Below are positions 24,231 through 37,419 of a stretch of DNA of 64,000 nucleotides, in pieces (positions within the stretch are counted from its first letter, which is position 1; the number at the start of each line of letters is the position of its first letter). The stretch spans positions 90,772,687-90,836,686 of the forward strand of contig NC_092372.1 of NCBI RefSeq assembly GCF_030028105.1. Reading direction: 5' to 3'. Below the pieces are notes generated by a model. That model saw nothing but the letters and a program-made list of their open reading frames with translations, was not told the DNA's origin and did not search any database. This stretch comes from Mobula birostris (taxonomy: Eukaryota). The position numbers and the translations under genes are program-made.

Positions 24231-24615
24231 ATCTTTGATCCTTGAGAAAAATGTGCCTTGAACTCAGACTCAGATTGTAAAGTGAACCTTCAGATATTTA
24301 AAGGATTAATCATTTGAGTGTGTTAAACTGGAGAGTAAATCTTTATCTACATACTGGCAGGCATAACAAGTGGAAACATTTTCAGTATGTCTTTTGTTTT
24401 GTGATTGAGTTAATATGGAAGTTATTTCTAAATATCACTGGAGAAATTGGGGAAGTTGTTTTGTTATTGTCACATGTACCAAAATACAGGGAGGAGCTTG
24501 TCTTGCATACCATCCATACAGATGGGCAGTGGTTAGCACAATGCTTTACAGTACAGGCAACTCTGGTTCAATTGCCGTTGCTGCCTATAAGGAGTTTGTA
24601 TATTCTCCCTGTGAC
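24231..24615 (+). repeat. Local duplication, copy 2 (includes truncated V-SINE head)
   Basis: Colinear with 18193-18590. Confidence 0.9.
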
Positions 24616-25795
24616 TGCGTCCATGAGAAATCATTGCATCCATACTGTGAAGTTGCTCTTGCAAAATGCAAACAAATAAACTCTGGCAAAGTACAGAATG
24701 ATGTCATTAGGGATAAAATGATCATCCTACCTTCTCTTTTTGTGAGAATTTGCTGATTATATTATGACTGTTAGATTTGAGTGTCTGCTAATCAAAAAGA
24801 TAGTGGGTCAAAATTTGTTTGCTTAAGACAACACAACTTGCTCAAATGGAATGAACTAGTCATTTAGTTTTCTTTCATGCAACTGAACTTTTAAAATTTT
24901 GTCTTGAACTATTTTGTTCATTCAACTGTGGAAGATGTACTAATGAGCAAATGTTTGATATTTGACTTTGTTGCCCACTGAGTGGTGTCCGATTCACCGG
25001 CCCGGTTGTGGATTGACATTACTATCATAGTCTGGAGACTGATTTTAATGGATGCTGCAGCGGCACTGCAACTGAAATCCAAGAAGCTGGTAAAGCATTC
25101 AACTACACTGAAACAGCTGAAAGGAAACTGGTGGTCTGGCTCGAATATTGCACAAGCACCAGCACTAATCCCATTGACCAACACAGTTCCCAATCTTCCC
25201 CCATCTCCCTTTCTGTCAGGACCTATCTAATGTCCTATTAAATGTTAACATGGGAAACACACGATATTTAATCTGGCCAGAACAGGTAGGTCTGCTGCTG
25301 AACAATCGATGGAACTACCTAATAATTGCATTAGACAGATCTTGGGTATCAATGGAATAGTGAAGATGCTCCCCTCCATATCCACTCCTTAACTTTGCTC
25401 ATTCTGATTGTCAGGCAACGATGCAGGAACTGGTAAATTAAAGTTGCTTCCACGTTCTTTGTTTCAGTTACTAGCTCCACTGCTGCAATGCAGAGTCCAA
25501 AATGTTACTGTGTATAGAATCAATTTCTGCTGCTCTCTAATTTGAATGTCTATGCCCCCTCATTGTAACCCTTCAATTACTGGAAGTGATCTCCACTTGA
25601 ATCAGTCAAATTAATCATTTTAAAAGGCTCCTTTAAGTTACAGGGTATAACCAGCTAATGGGTGGGTTCCATTTTTGCAGAAACCCTTTAGTTAATTTAG
25701 TCCATGTATCATAAAATACACTAACAAATGCACTCAATGTCATAAACATACCTCCACATTATAGTAACGAAAGGTATCTAAAACACAGAAGACAT

Positions 25796-26303
25796 GAGAA
25801 GGGGAGGGGGGATGGGGGGTGGAGAGGAGAGGGGGAGAGGGTGGGGGAGAGGGGGAGAGGGAGAGAGGGTAGGAGGGATGGGTGGACAGAGGGGGCGAGT
25901 GGAGAAGGGGAGGGAGAAGGGGTGAGGAGAGAGGGAGAGAGAGTGGGATGGGAAAGGGAGAGGGCGAGAAGGAGGAGGGAGAGGGAGGGAGAGGGGGAGG
26001 GGAAGGGGGAGAGGGAGAAAGGGTAATGGGGAGGGGAGAGGGAGAGTGGCGAGGGGGATAGGGATAGAGGGGGAGGGGGTAGAGGGGGATAGGGGTGAGG
26101 GAGGGGAGAAGGGAGGGGGAGGGGGAGAGGAGAGGGGGAGAGGAAAGGGGGAGAAGGGAACAGGGGGAAAGAGGAGGGGGAAAGGAGAGAGGGGAGCAGA
26201 GGGGAGAGGGAGTGGTGGGGGGGAGTGGGAGGGTGAGAGGGGGGAGGGGTAGAGGGGAAAGGGGAGGGGGGAAAGGGGGAGGCGGAGGGGGAGAGGGAGG
26301 AAA
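25796..26303. repeat. ~500-bp G/A-rich low-complexity tract
   Basis: Near-pure purine on the + strand with many G3-G6 runs. Confidence 0.95.
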
Positions 26304-28189
26304 CTAATTCTGAATTAGTCCAAACAAATGATTGTACACATGTCAGACTTCTGAATTTCTTGTTTGCACGTACATGTGTCTGTAAATCAGGTGTTTGTAG
26401 GCCTGGGACAAACTGTACAATGTACAAAGTATGACCAGAGATGGCAAGTGAAATTAAAGCCCAAAACAATGAAGATTTTGCATCAAACTAGCACAGAAAA
26501 TGGCCATGAGATATCGACAATAAACAGTGAAAACTGCAAAAGAACTGTTGTAACCTGGATTTTCCACCTCTGACATGCATTGAGCATTAGGGCAGCCACT
26601 GTTGTTACTTGTTAAGGGAAATAACAAAGACAGAGCTACCAAAAAATCATACTTCTTATTATTTTTTATGATATACTGTAGGACATCACTTCAGTCCATT
26701 GAGTCTTTGTTGACTCACAGAGCATTAATTTTTCTTTCTCAGTTAATTTTCCCTGTAACCTTTTCTCCCTAAATCCCCATGAACTCCTTTCAAATTTTAT
26801 CGATCATCTACACAACAGGAGCAATTTGCAACAGCCAACAAGCCACACGAGTGTGGAAAGTAGGAGGAAACTGCAGCGTCTGGGGTAAACCCAGTCTGAG
26901 TTTGGGTCGGCCCAGTCAGTCATTCTATAACCACTGAGCTCTTTGCTAAAACTTGTGCACTCTCAGCTGATGCAGCACCAACAAATGACTTGATGGAAGT
27001 GACCACACTACATCCTCTGTTGCAAGCATCACACCTCCCACCTTGCCTCAGGATTCCTGAAATGGTTCAGCAATTGTTCCGATAATTCTGGTAAGCTGCT
27101 TGTTTCATACCTTTCAAACAGATTCTTCCTTTGAACTGCATTCTGCCAAGGACTGTGAGGATTTCTGATGCTCTGTGAATACTAAAATTCTGCTCAAACA
27201 CGCTATGATGATCAGTCTGTTTGCAATAGTCTGTCATTCACACATGGGACATAATGCTTTGTTTTATCTTATTGGTTCCCAAGATGCTGTGCTCCTCAAC
27301 TTTGCCTTTCTAAGGGCTCTGAAGATGGGACCACAATGTAACCTTCGACTATTATCTCATTACCACTGCACTATAGTGTTTACTTTACTGGCTGTCCATA
27401 GTGAACAGGTAAGGTGGGTCTTGCTGGTGGCCACTGGAACAATTAACACTGCAAATCCTTAACAGCTTTTTATAGTTTCAAGAAATGTATTTTGTGTTAA
27501 TATTAACAGCCCACCTCAGGGAATATCACATCTCCATTCACCCCTCAATTTATTTCACTTTGATCTTTATCTCTTCTATCGCACCCTCTTGCTACATTCT
27601 CTTCGGAATAAAAATATTGTAAGCATAGGCCCAGCTGTAACGTTTCTCCTCCTAGGAAGGTCTTACATTGAGACACTAAGCTCATCTTTACCGCAGGCTC
27701 CCGATTCCCCTCCTGGTGAATATCATGAAACAGCGTGTGCAATGATGCCAGAGAGCCATCACCTGTGCTTTCACTAGTACGCCTGCTCTCATCAAGTGAG
27801 CTACCAGTCTCATTTTCTCATCCGGAGTTATGCCATTTCTTTCCTTCGCAAGTATTGAAAGAATGGCCATTGATTACTCATTTTATGCTGTTGAATCTTA
27901 TTCCTCCAAAGGACATCAACTGACAGGTCAAACCAAGGTTTAGTACAATTTAGTTTTTAATACTCAAGTTATTTAAGCGCACATGATTACCACTGTCTAT
28001 TAACAACTTCACATTGAATTGACCATTCCAAATTGTCACTTCTTATATTAAATTACAAGAGTCACAATTTGAACTTTAAAAAGCAGCATCCATCACTAAG
28101 GCCCACCATCACCCAGGAATGCCCAAGGACGTACAGGAGCCTGAAGGCACACACTCAACGATTTAGGAACAGCTTCTTTCCCCTGCCAT

Positions 28190-28196
<7 letters not shown>

Positions 28197-28234
<38 letters not shown>
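28197..28234. repeat. (AC)19 microsatellite within a Rex remnant
   Basis: Directly visible. Upstream sequence encodes 'YRSLKAHTQRFRNSFFP'. Confidence 0.95.
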
Positions 28235-28241
<7 letters not shown>

Positions 28242-29119
28242 ACATAGTTTACTGCTTTTATGATGATGCACTACAATAAATCTTATGCGAATGATATTAG
28301 AACTAATTCTGGTTCTGAAAGACTACCCGTTTGAGTTAAGAGTAGCCACATTCACTCCATCAGGTAGTCTTCTCTGACTTCCAAACCCAAGGTCTATCTT
28401 TTTGCGATGGTTTTTCTTCCTTTGTCACTACAAATGTCTCAGACAGCTTTTTTTTCATATGAATTTTCTTCCAATCATTTTCAGGCTTTGTTTGTTCTTA
28501 CTCCCGTCCTGGAGCTAGTTCATGGTTCAGAATTCAATTATTCATGTTGCCATTCATCCGAGGACTGAACAAAGTCTGTTTCCTTTCCTCTTTTCCATTC
28601 TTATCCAGTAGTCAAACCATTTTGCTTGGATCCTCTCATTTTCTGTCCCACCCCAAATAAATTACTTCACAAAAGCTGTTCTAAAAAGGTGTAAGAATTA
28701 CATCAAGTAGCCTGTGTCTTTTGGTCCATTAACTAGATCCTTGGGCTGTACAGCTAAACTGCAACTTCCAAAGTTCTCAGAAAGCACTGAGTTCTCATTA
28801 AAATCTCAACAATATGTCTTGGGACTCTCCACCAGCTGCAATATCTCTGTTCTGTGACCATTCCTCTGAACTCAGTAACATTGTTTTCAATCAGGAATAT
28901 CAACAATCATTTCACATACAAAGTGAAACTAGGCAGAATAGTTTGGCACAGGCGAGTAGGGCCAAAGGGATCATTTCTTTGCTGTAGTGCTTTATGACTC
29001 TATGATTCTAAAATAAATGTCAGAACCGTCCTGGATTTCCTACACTCACTGACCTAGTACTGTCATTAGTGTTGATTGATGAAAAGAATCTCCTCCTCCA
29101 TCTCCTCATGCATAATTCT

Positions 29120-30060
29120 TCCACTTTCAACAGTAAGCGCACTCTACACAACTCCCTTGTCCATTTGTCCCTTCCCACTGATGTCCCTCCGGGTATTTAT
29201 CCTTGCAAGTGGAACAAGTTCCACACTTGCCCCTACACCTCCTCCCTCACTACCATCCAGGGCCCCAAACAGTCCTTCCAGGTGAGGCAACACTTCACTT
29301 GTGAGTCTGTTGGGGTTATCTACTGTATCCAGTACTCCCAGTGTGGCCTCCTGTATATTGGTGAGACCCGATGTAGATTGGGAAACCACTTCAACAAGAA
29401 CTGCCAGAAAAAGCAGAATCTTCCGGTGGCCACCCATTTCAATTCTACTTCCCATTCCCATTCAGACATATCAGTCCATGGCTTCCCATACTGCCGTGAT
29501 GAGGCCACACTCAGGTTGGAGAGACAGCACCTTATATTCCGTCTGGGTTGCCTACAAACTGATGGCATGAACATCGATTTCTCAAACTTACAGTAATACC
29601 ACACCCACTTTCACTTCCCATCCCCTTTTCACTTTCTCACCTTATATCCTTACCTCCCCAACCCCTTTTCACTCTCACCTTATCTCCTTACCTGCCCATC
29701 ACCTCTCCCTGAAGCTCCTCCAACTTCCCTTTCCTCCATGGTCTTCTAACCTCTCCTATTAGATTTTCCCTTCTTTCTCTTTAGTTCTTTATCTCTTTCA
29801 CCAATCAGCTTCCCAGCTCTCTACTTCTCCCCTCCCCCTCTCATGGTTTCACCTGTCACCTACCACCCTGAACTTCATCACCGCCCCTCCACCTTCTTGC
29901 TCTAACCTCATCTTTTTTTTTTTGAGGCCTAATAAATGGCTTCGGCCCAAAATGCAAACAATTTACTCTTTTCCATAGGTGCTGCCTGGCCTGCTGAGTT
30001 CCTCCAGCATTTTGTGTGCATTGCTTGGATTTCCAGCACCTGTGGATTTTCTCATCTTTG
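29120..30060 (+). mobile_element. Penelope-like element: GIY-YIG endonuclease and 3' pLTR
   Basis: ORF 29069-29596 'FTCESVGVIYCIQYSQCGLLYIGET...PVATHFN...LQTDGMN'. Followed by a pyrimidine tract and pLTR end GCTGCCTGGCCTGCTGAGTTCCTCCAGCATTTTGTGTG. Confidence 0.9.
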
Positions 30061-30425
30061 TGCATAATTCTTGTCCTGCTTATCTATCCAGCAGAGCTGT
30101 CCCAAAATTATCAACATCATGATGTCCATCAGTACTTTTGTGATGCTGTTCACTGAGGCAAGTAACAAGGTAGAGCTGCCGACAACACAGTTTTGATTGA
30201 AAGTAGTCAAGCTTCAAATAGCAAAACTACCTGGTACAACAATGTATTGAAAGTCACATCGCATGTTAGAGACATACTTGTCTTCAGATAAACTACAGGG
30301 AAAGGCAAAAACTATTGTTGGAATTCACTCCAACAGGTTCCAGCCTTCACTCCATGTCTCCAATGACAAACCTGGACCCGGTTACACGCCTGGTAACAAG
30401 TTAGAGAGATGATATGTTCTCATCC

Positions 30426-30628
30426 AAGACGAGGAATTCTGCAGATGCAGGAATTTCAAGCAACACACATAAAAATTGCTGGTGAACGCAGCAGGCCAGC
30501 CAGCATCTCTAGGAAGAGGTGCAGTCGACGTTTCGGGCTGAGACCCTTCGCCTGAAACGTCGACTGTACCGCTTCCTAGAGATGCTGCCTGGCCTGCTGC
30601 GTTCACCAGCAACTTTTATGTGTGTTGC
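30426..30628 (-). mobile_element. Penelope-like pLTR fold-back element with TSD
   Basis: Near-perfect arms GCAACACACATAAAA.TTGCTGGTGAACGCAGCAGGCCAG / CTGGCCTGCTGCGTTCACCAGCAACTTTTATGTGTGTTGC. Flanking ATGTTCTCA(C)TCCA at 30414 and 30629. Confidence 0.85.
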
Positions 30629-30796
30629 ATGTTCTCACTCCAGTTTAATTGCAGCGCAGTTTACAGATTGCTTATTCAGCCCTTGTTCCTGGCACCTGAG
30701 GCTTACTGAAAGGATTGAAAGCTAGCAAAGACAGCCAAGGTCATAGTTCAACAAGAAGTGTGGGGTGGAGGGGGGGGGGTAACTCACAGACCATAG

Positions 30797-31354
30797 TGTT
30801 AGGGGGTATTTTGGAGTTATATGAATTATAGCAGATATTCATTTAAATAAGAATCAGGCTTTTTTTTATTGTAAATGTAATTAAGTTCAGGGAGTTTGCA
30901 ATTAGCTTTCAGTTTTTCTTTTGTAAATTGCAAGTGGTAAATTGAAGTTACAAGCAAAGGCTCTCCACAGCCTAAGAAATTGCATATGCAACAGCCATAT
31001 GTTAAGACAATACGGTTATGTTAATTGTCCTGCATCAACTATGGGTTTAAGGAATTCGTAACATTATGTAAGTTCAAGCAAGTGTCCCAGCCAAGGTATT
31101 TGAATATTCAGGGGCATCTCCAAGTGTAAATATGCAATACAAAGGAAGCATATTACAGTAACATGATGTCATTGTAACTATTGAGTCACCTACTGTTACC
31201 AATGATCTTTAGGGTATAAAAGATGTGATGTACTTTGAGTTTGTGAGCCTCTACTGAGAGTGTCTCCAGAATGATACCTGATTGTTATGCTGCATAAAGA
31301 CTTCTATATCTCCAGCTTCAATGTCTCTCTGGTGATTTTGATCGCAGTCACACA
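30797..31354 (+). mobile_element. Candidate solo LTR
   Basis: TGTT...CACA termini. TATA GGGTATAAAAG at ~31212; CATAAAGAC poly(A)-like motif at ~31294. Imperfect 4-bp TSD ATAG / ATGG. Confidence 0.55.
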
Positions 31355-32497
31355 ATGGAAGAAGATATTTTCTTGAAAATTATTTTGGATTTTTCCCATA
31401 AATCTAAGGTTGCTGTGATGAGCCAGGGCTGAATCCAGCTGATAAGGCTTAAGGTTGTGCCTTCATTATTTAAGGGATCTTCATCTGGAAAGCTCATCAA
31501 AGTGACCTGAATATCTTTCTGGGGACAGGTGTATAGTCGTGGATATTTGGGAGATTTCGTCACTCAGTTGAACAAGCCAGACACATGGAGTTAAAACATA
31601 ATTTTACTGATTATGATAACAAGTTGACACACATTCACCTTCATCTGATTTTAAAGTTGCTTAATTGAAATAACCTGTTAATAACCTTTTAGCTCTGGAA
31701 ATTTCAGCTACATTATTTGCTTTCCTTAATTTAGGATATCTAAATTTTTCATGATTCCAGAAAATTACTTTAATTTAATTGTACTTCATTTTATGAATTC
31801 TACTAATACAAAAAATATCATTATATCTCTGATATATTAAAAAGGTCACACTTGCCTGAATTTTATAATTGAACTGCCTGTGTAATCTTGTAATATTATA
31901 ATGCACTCTCTTAACAGAGCCCACACAAAAGTAGCTCAGCCTTGTGACTTCCGGTTCCTTAGCTTGTAACAGAGAGACACAAATCAGACCAAGGTTACTC
32001 CTTTGAAGTTATTGTGAACTTTTCTGTTTAATAATTTTTACAATATCGAATTAAAACATTTTACAAAATCGAAGGAGCAGAGTGCAAGAGTGCTCTTAAT
32101 TTACCAGGTGTAATGTGATGAGAAATTGATATGTGCTTTATAAACTTTAAGAACTGAGCACCAAGAACTACTTGTATGTCAAAATCTAGAGCTGAAGTGG
32201 CATTACAAAAATGTAATGAGGGATGGAAATATAACAGGAGGCTGAGCGACTCAAGAGCAGGTGATTAATTGCATATGAGAGCAGGCTATTATCCAGAAAA
32301 TTTAAATGATTTTTGGCCCATGGGCATCAAAGAAATGGACGTGGATGAACAGATCAATTTAATTGCACATATAAATTATATATTGAACCGGTTCATGAAA
32401 ACTGCCAATGTATGTGCAGAAAATTGGGAAGGGAATGTCTTCTTTATTTCTTTTAGAAATGATCCAGCAACTTAAGAACAACTTTTGAAATCCAGTT

Positions 32498-35220
32498 ATA
32501 GAACATAGAAAAGTACAACACAGTACAGGCCCTTCGTCCCATCATGTTGTGCCAACATTTTAACTTGCTCTGAGATGGCGCGAATGCTGCCCGCCCATTT
32601 CACCTTCCATTTTTCTTTCATCCATATGCCTATCTAAGAGTGTTTTAAATATCCCTGATGTATCTGTCTCTAACATCACCCCTGGCCATATGCTCCACAT
32701 ACCCATCACTCTCTCTATAAAAAACGTACCTCTGACATCCCCCCTGTATTTTACCTCATTCACCTTAAAATGATGCCCTCTTGTATTAGTCACTTCCACC
32801 ATAGGAAAAAAGCATTGGCTGTTCACACTATCAATGCATCTTATCATCTTGTACACCTGTGTTAAGGTCTCTGAAGATCTAACCTGGTCCCAACATATGG
32901 ACTAGGTGAGAGTAAGAATTCGGCATGGACTAGAAGGGCTGAGATGGCCTGTTTCCGTGCTGTAATTGTTATATGGTTATATCGATGTAGTTATAAAGAA
33001 AGCAGGACAGTGGCTATACTTCATTAGGAGTTTGAAGAGATTTGGCATGTCAACAAATACACTCAAAAACTTCTATAGATGTACCACGAAGAGCATTCTA
33101 TCAAGCTGCATCACTGTCTGGTATGGGTGGCTACTGCACAGGACCGAAAGAAGCTGCAGAAGTTTGTAAATCTAGTCAGCTCCAGCTTGGGTGCTAGCCT
33201 ACAAAGTACCCAGGACATCTTCAGGGAGCGGTGTCTCAGAAAGGCAGCATCCATTATTAAGGACCTCCAGCACCCAGGGCATGCCCTTTTCTCACTGTTA
33301 CCATCAGGTAGGATGTACAGAAGCCTGAAGGCACACACTCAGCGATTCAGGAACAGCTTTTTCCCCTCTGCCATCCGATTCCTAAATGGACATTGAACTC
33401 TTGGGCACTACCTCACTTTTTAAAAAATATACAGTATTTCTGATTTGTGCACATTTAAAATCTATTCAATGTATGCAAGCTGTTATTTATCTATGCCTTT
33501 ATTTTTAATAATTATATTAATTTTATTTATTTATTTTTTTCTCTTCTATGTTATGTATTGCATTGAACTGCTGCTGATTCTAAGTTAACAAATTTCACAT
33601 CACATACCAGTGATAATAAACCTGATTCTGATTCTGACCTCAATCAAATCACCTCCTATCCTTCGCTCCAAAGAAAAAGGCCTTAGCTTGCTCAACTTTT
33701 CCTCATAAGAGATGATCTCTAATCCAGGCAGAATATTGGTAAATTTTCTCATTACCCTCACTAAAACTTCCACATCCTTCCCATAATGAAGTGACCAGAA
33801 TTGAACACAATATCCCAAAGGTGATCTAAACAGAGTTTCATAGAGCTGCAACATTACCTCATGGCTCTTGAACTCAGTTCACTGAGTAATAAAGGATGCC
33901 TTCTTAACCACTGTATCATTTTGCACAATATTTTTGAGGGATTATGGACTAGGAACCCCAAGATTCCTCTGTTCCACAACACTGCTAAGAATCCTGCTGT
34001 TAACCCTTTACTCTGCATCAAATTCAACCTCACAAAGTGCATTACTTCACTCTTTTCCGGACTAAATTCAGTCTGCCTCCTCTCAGCCCAGCTCTGCATC
34101 CTATCAGTATCCCACTGTAACCCATGACAACTTTCTATATTATCTACCCCACCACCAACCTTCGTGTCATTTGCTACTTACCAACTCATCCTTCACTCCA
34201 AGTCATTGATAAAAATCACCAAGAGTAGGGAACCCAGAACAGGTCCCCGTGCAACATCACTGTCACTGACCTCCAGCAGAATACCCTCTACGTTCTGGGG
34301 GCAAGCCAGTTCTGTTGCAAGCAGTCAAGTTTCCCTGGATTCCATGCCTCCTGACTTTCTGAAGGATCCTACCATGTGGAACCTTGACAGATGCCTTACT
34401 AAAATCCATATGCACTACATCCACTGCTTTATCTTCAATTTGTTTTGACATTTCCTCAAATAATTTAATCAGGTTCATGAGGCACAATCTGCCTCTTACA
34501 AAGCCATACTGACTATCCCTAATATGGGAGGCAGGGTTTGAGGGTCGGCACAACATTGTGGGCCGAAGGACCTGTACTGTGCTGTACTGTTCTATGTTCT
34601 TGTTCTAATGAGGCATTACTTCTACAAATGCTCATAAATCCTTTCTCTAAGAATCCGCTGTAATTGCTTGCCCACTACTGATGTAAGAGACACTGGTCTA
34701 TAATTCCTAGGATTATATCTATTACCATGATTCCTTCACCTTACCATTCTTTCCTATCCATAAGCCATAAGCAACCCTATCCATAAGCCTTTACAAGTGC
34801 ACATTAAACAACCTGTCAATTCCCATTGTGCATTTCTATGAATTCATCCATTCCCAATTTATGCTCCCCAATTCCTGCTGAAAAGCATCATCATTCACCC
34901 TCTCCCACTGAAAAATTTTCCCATATCGCCTGTTTCCTTTCTGTCCAAGGTTGGGAAGTTGTGGTCACTGTCTCTGAAATACTTTCCCACTGAGGGATCC
35001 TTAATCTGACCAGGTTCATTGCTAGAACTAGATCCAGTATGGCATCTCCTCTTGTCAACCTGTCCATGTATTGTGTCAGAAATCCTTTCAGAAGACAACT
35101 AACAGATCCTGGCCTATCTAAACCTTTTACTTTAAGAAGGTGCCAATGAATATTGGGAAAGTTAAAGTCATCAATGACAACAGTCCTGTTATATCTGTAC
35201 CTTTCCAAAATCTGCTCCTC
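32498..35220 (-). mobile_element. CR1 LINE, degraded, with nested insertions
   Basis: Minus ORFs 32560-32856, 33600-33854, 34263-34556 ('SQYGFVRGRLCLMNLIKLFEE') and 34891-35208 ('DDFNFPNIHW...AILDLVL'). Confidence 0.9.
32864..33637 (+). mobile_element. Rex1/Babar LINE 3' fragment nested in CR1 (itself holding a CR1 tail at ~32897-32982)
   Basis: ORFs 32966-33169 and 33079-33396. Ends AATAAACCTGATTCTGATTCTGA. Confidence 0.9.
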
Positions 35221-36150
35221 AGTGTTTTTGTTCTTACTTTGGTAAATAAATCAAAATGCTTGAAACAGCATCTTCAGCAATGCAATAATCCTTCTTTATA
35301 CTACTAATGTAACAGCAAACAAGGCATGGAATTTGTAGTTAGAACTGAAGTGATAATACTTGGGGCTGATCTTGAAGGAAGCCACACACAACGATCCTGA
35401 GAACCATTTTTACAGGTTAAACATGATTGACAATCCAAATTATTGTGAAGGGCCTCACACTCAAGCATGAAAGGCCAGAAAGCCTTTGCCAAAGTCAATC
35501 TTACCATCATCCTAGGAGCTGAACTGTGCAGGGTCCAGTGGCAGAATTCAACATCTTGCAGATCCCAAGCTCAGAAATACAATGACTGAACTTGCACCAG
35601 GCACAGGCCAGCCTCTCTATTCACTTCTCTTCATATGAGGCAAATTGCTAAGAGGCAGGGAGCAAAGCTTACATGTGTTGTTGATTGGCGGGTTGTGGGG
35701 GGGGGGAGGGAGAAATGCTATATAAATGTATTTAGCATTTTTCTAGATTTCTCATAACATTTTTATAAATTTAGATTGTCAAATTTTTTATTCATGTTTT
35801 AATTGCATGATAACAGTGCCATAGAACACTATGCATAGAAGCTTCATCTAGTCCAAGCTGAACCATTAATCTGCCTAGTACAATCGGCTTACACCCATAG
35901 AGGCATAGAACACTACAGCACAGAAACAGGCTGTTCTTTTAAAATATTTTGCACATTTTCGCTTCTTGGTCAAAAATCAAATATATTTATAGACAGTCAA
36001 AGTCCTTTGATGATGTTAAAAGCAGTTCTGAGAGTGGTGCTAGAATTTCTAGCAGGAGGGACGGATTCTGTGCTGTGCAGAACTTCATTGATTAGGTCCT
36101 TGCATCGGGAGCGAGTTCCCACTGTAGACAAATGTGGATATGTGAGAGGT

Positions 36151-36487
36151 GACACAAGAGTTTGCAGGTGCTTGAACCCAGAGCAGGAAACAAACTGCTG
36201 GAGGAAATCTGTGGGTCTGACAGAGAGAGATGGGCTGTTGACATTTCAGGTCGCGATCTTTCATTTGGATGAACAGATTGGTCTAAATGCATATTTTAGC
36301 TATATATTGAAACTGTTCATGAAAACTGCAAATATATGGGCAGAGAATCAGAAGAGGAAGAAACTGTGAACAGCTTTGTTTCTTTTAAAGGAATGGTGAT
36401 GAAAGGTCTCGAACTGAAATGCCAATTGTTTATTTCCTTCTGCAGATGCTGCCTATACAGTTAAGTTTTTTCAGCAGTTTGCTTCCT
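36151..36487. mobile_element. Degenerate Penelope pLTR inverted pair enclosing ~130 bp of foreign sequence
   Basis: Left arm (minus) CAAACTGCTGGAGGAA...GTTGACATTTCAGGTCGCGATCTTTCAT. Right arm (plus) TGATGAAAGGTCTCGAACTGAAATG...GATGCTGCC...CAGCAGTTTG. Confidence 0.65.
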
Positions 36488-37419
36488 ATTGGTTAGTTAG
36501 ATGGACACTTACTGAGGTGGACCAAAGTAACCATTGCACGGTAAGATGTTTCCGGGGAACTCTATACTAGACTTCCCTTTCCTGGAGTCAGTCCATTTTG
36601 GGCACAGATGTCCAGCAGCTATACAGTTATTCAGCAGGCTGAGCATCCAATGAGGTTGAAAATAAATTGTACAACCATCAAAGCAAGAAGTAAAAGCGCA
36701 GTTTTAATTAACTAAATGTTGCACAGAGAAAGAAATATAGAAGAGAATATGCACAATAGATTAGGTTAGAAGCTGCAATATTATAAAGAAATGTTATTAA
36801 AAGTGTTTAAAAGTAATTTAAAAGTGTTTAGATATAATTTTTTTCTGAAATATTGACCTAACGAATGATAATCCAACCATTTAAATTTATTAAGGAGAGC
36901 ATATTCAATAGAATTAAAAAAATAGGTGTGAGGCTTACAATGTGTGGGTTACTGAAACCCATTTGAAGGGATGAAGGTGCATGGGATAGTAAAGGCTCAC
37001 ATGTGACAAATCAGCATTGACAGTGCCTTTTCTGAGCTTACCGGGTTGGTACATGCCCCTCACTTTCCAAAGAAGCACACATGGTCACTGATAAGAATCA
37101 GAACTGTGCCTTAAATTGGCATCTGCTATGTTTTGTAACTCTAGAAATGAACTGAAAGAAAAACACCAGAGACCGGAGTGCACACACTTGACGTGGTGGC
37201 ATAATGATGTATGCCATTCACATACTTCTTACATATAATCCATAATGAATTATGTAAACAACAAAGGAAGCTTAAACAAGCAATGCATTTACAACATTAC
37301 TAAAATATTACTGAAATATTAAATACACTACACTGCTCTCCCTGCTTAGCTGTAAACTCCAACTCAATACAGAATGCATCTCAACTCAAATACATAGCAT
37401 ATTGCTATCTAGTCATCTT

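Noticed and set aside
24918-25230. ORFs in unique GC-moderate sequence as a host exon
   Set aside because: No recognisable domain or convincing splice-site pair.
25759-26469. 236-aa Pro/Ser/Leu-rich ORF and Gly/Glu/Arg-rich ORFs on the other strand
   Set aside because: Artefacts of the stop-free G/A low-complexity tract.
32269-36369. Paralogous peptides 'DEQI...FMKTAN..AEN' in ORFs 32269-32475 and 36007-36369 as a duplicated gene
   Set aside because: Most differences are non-synonymous and there is no splice or ORF context. Explained as non-coding duplication.
37119-37123. TSD for the Mag-like Gypsy
   Set aside because: Left flank GCATC is not cleanly repeated after the right LTR (TCTTC).
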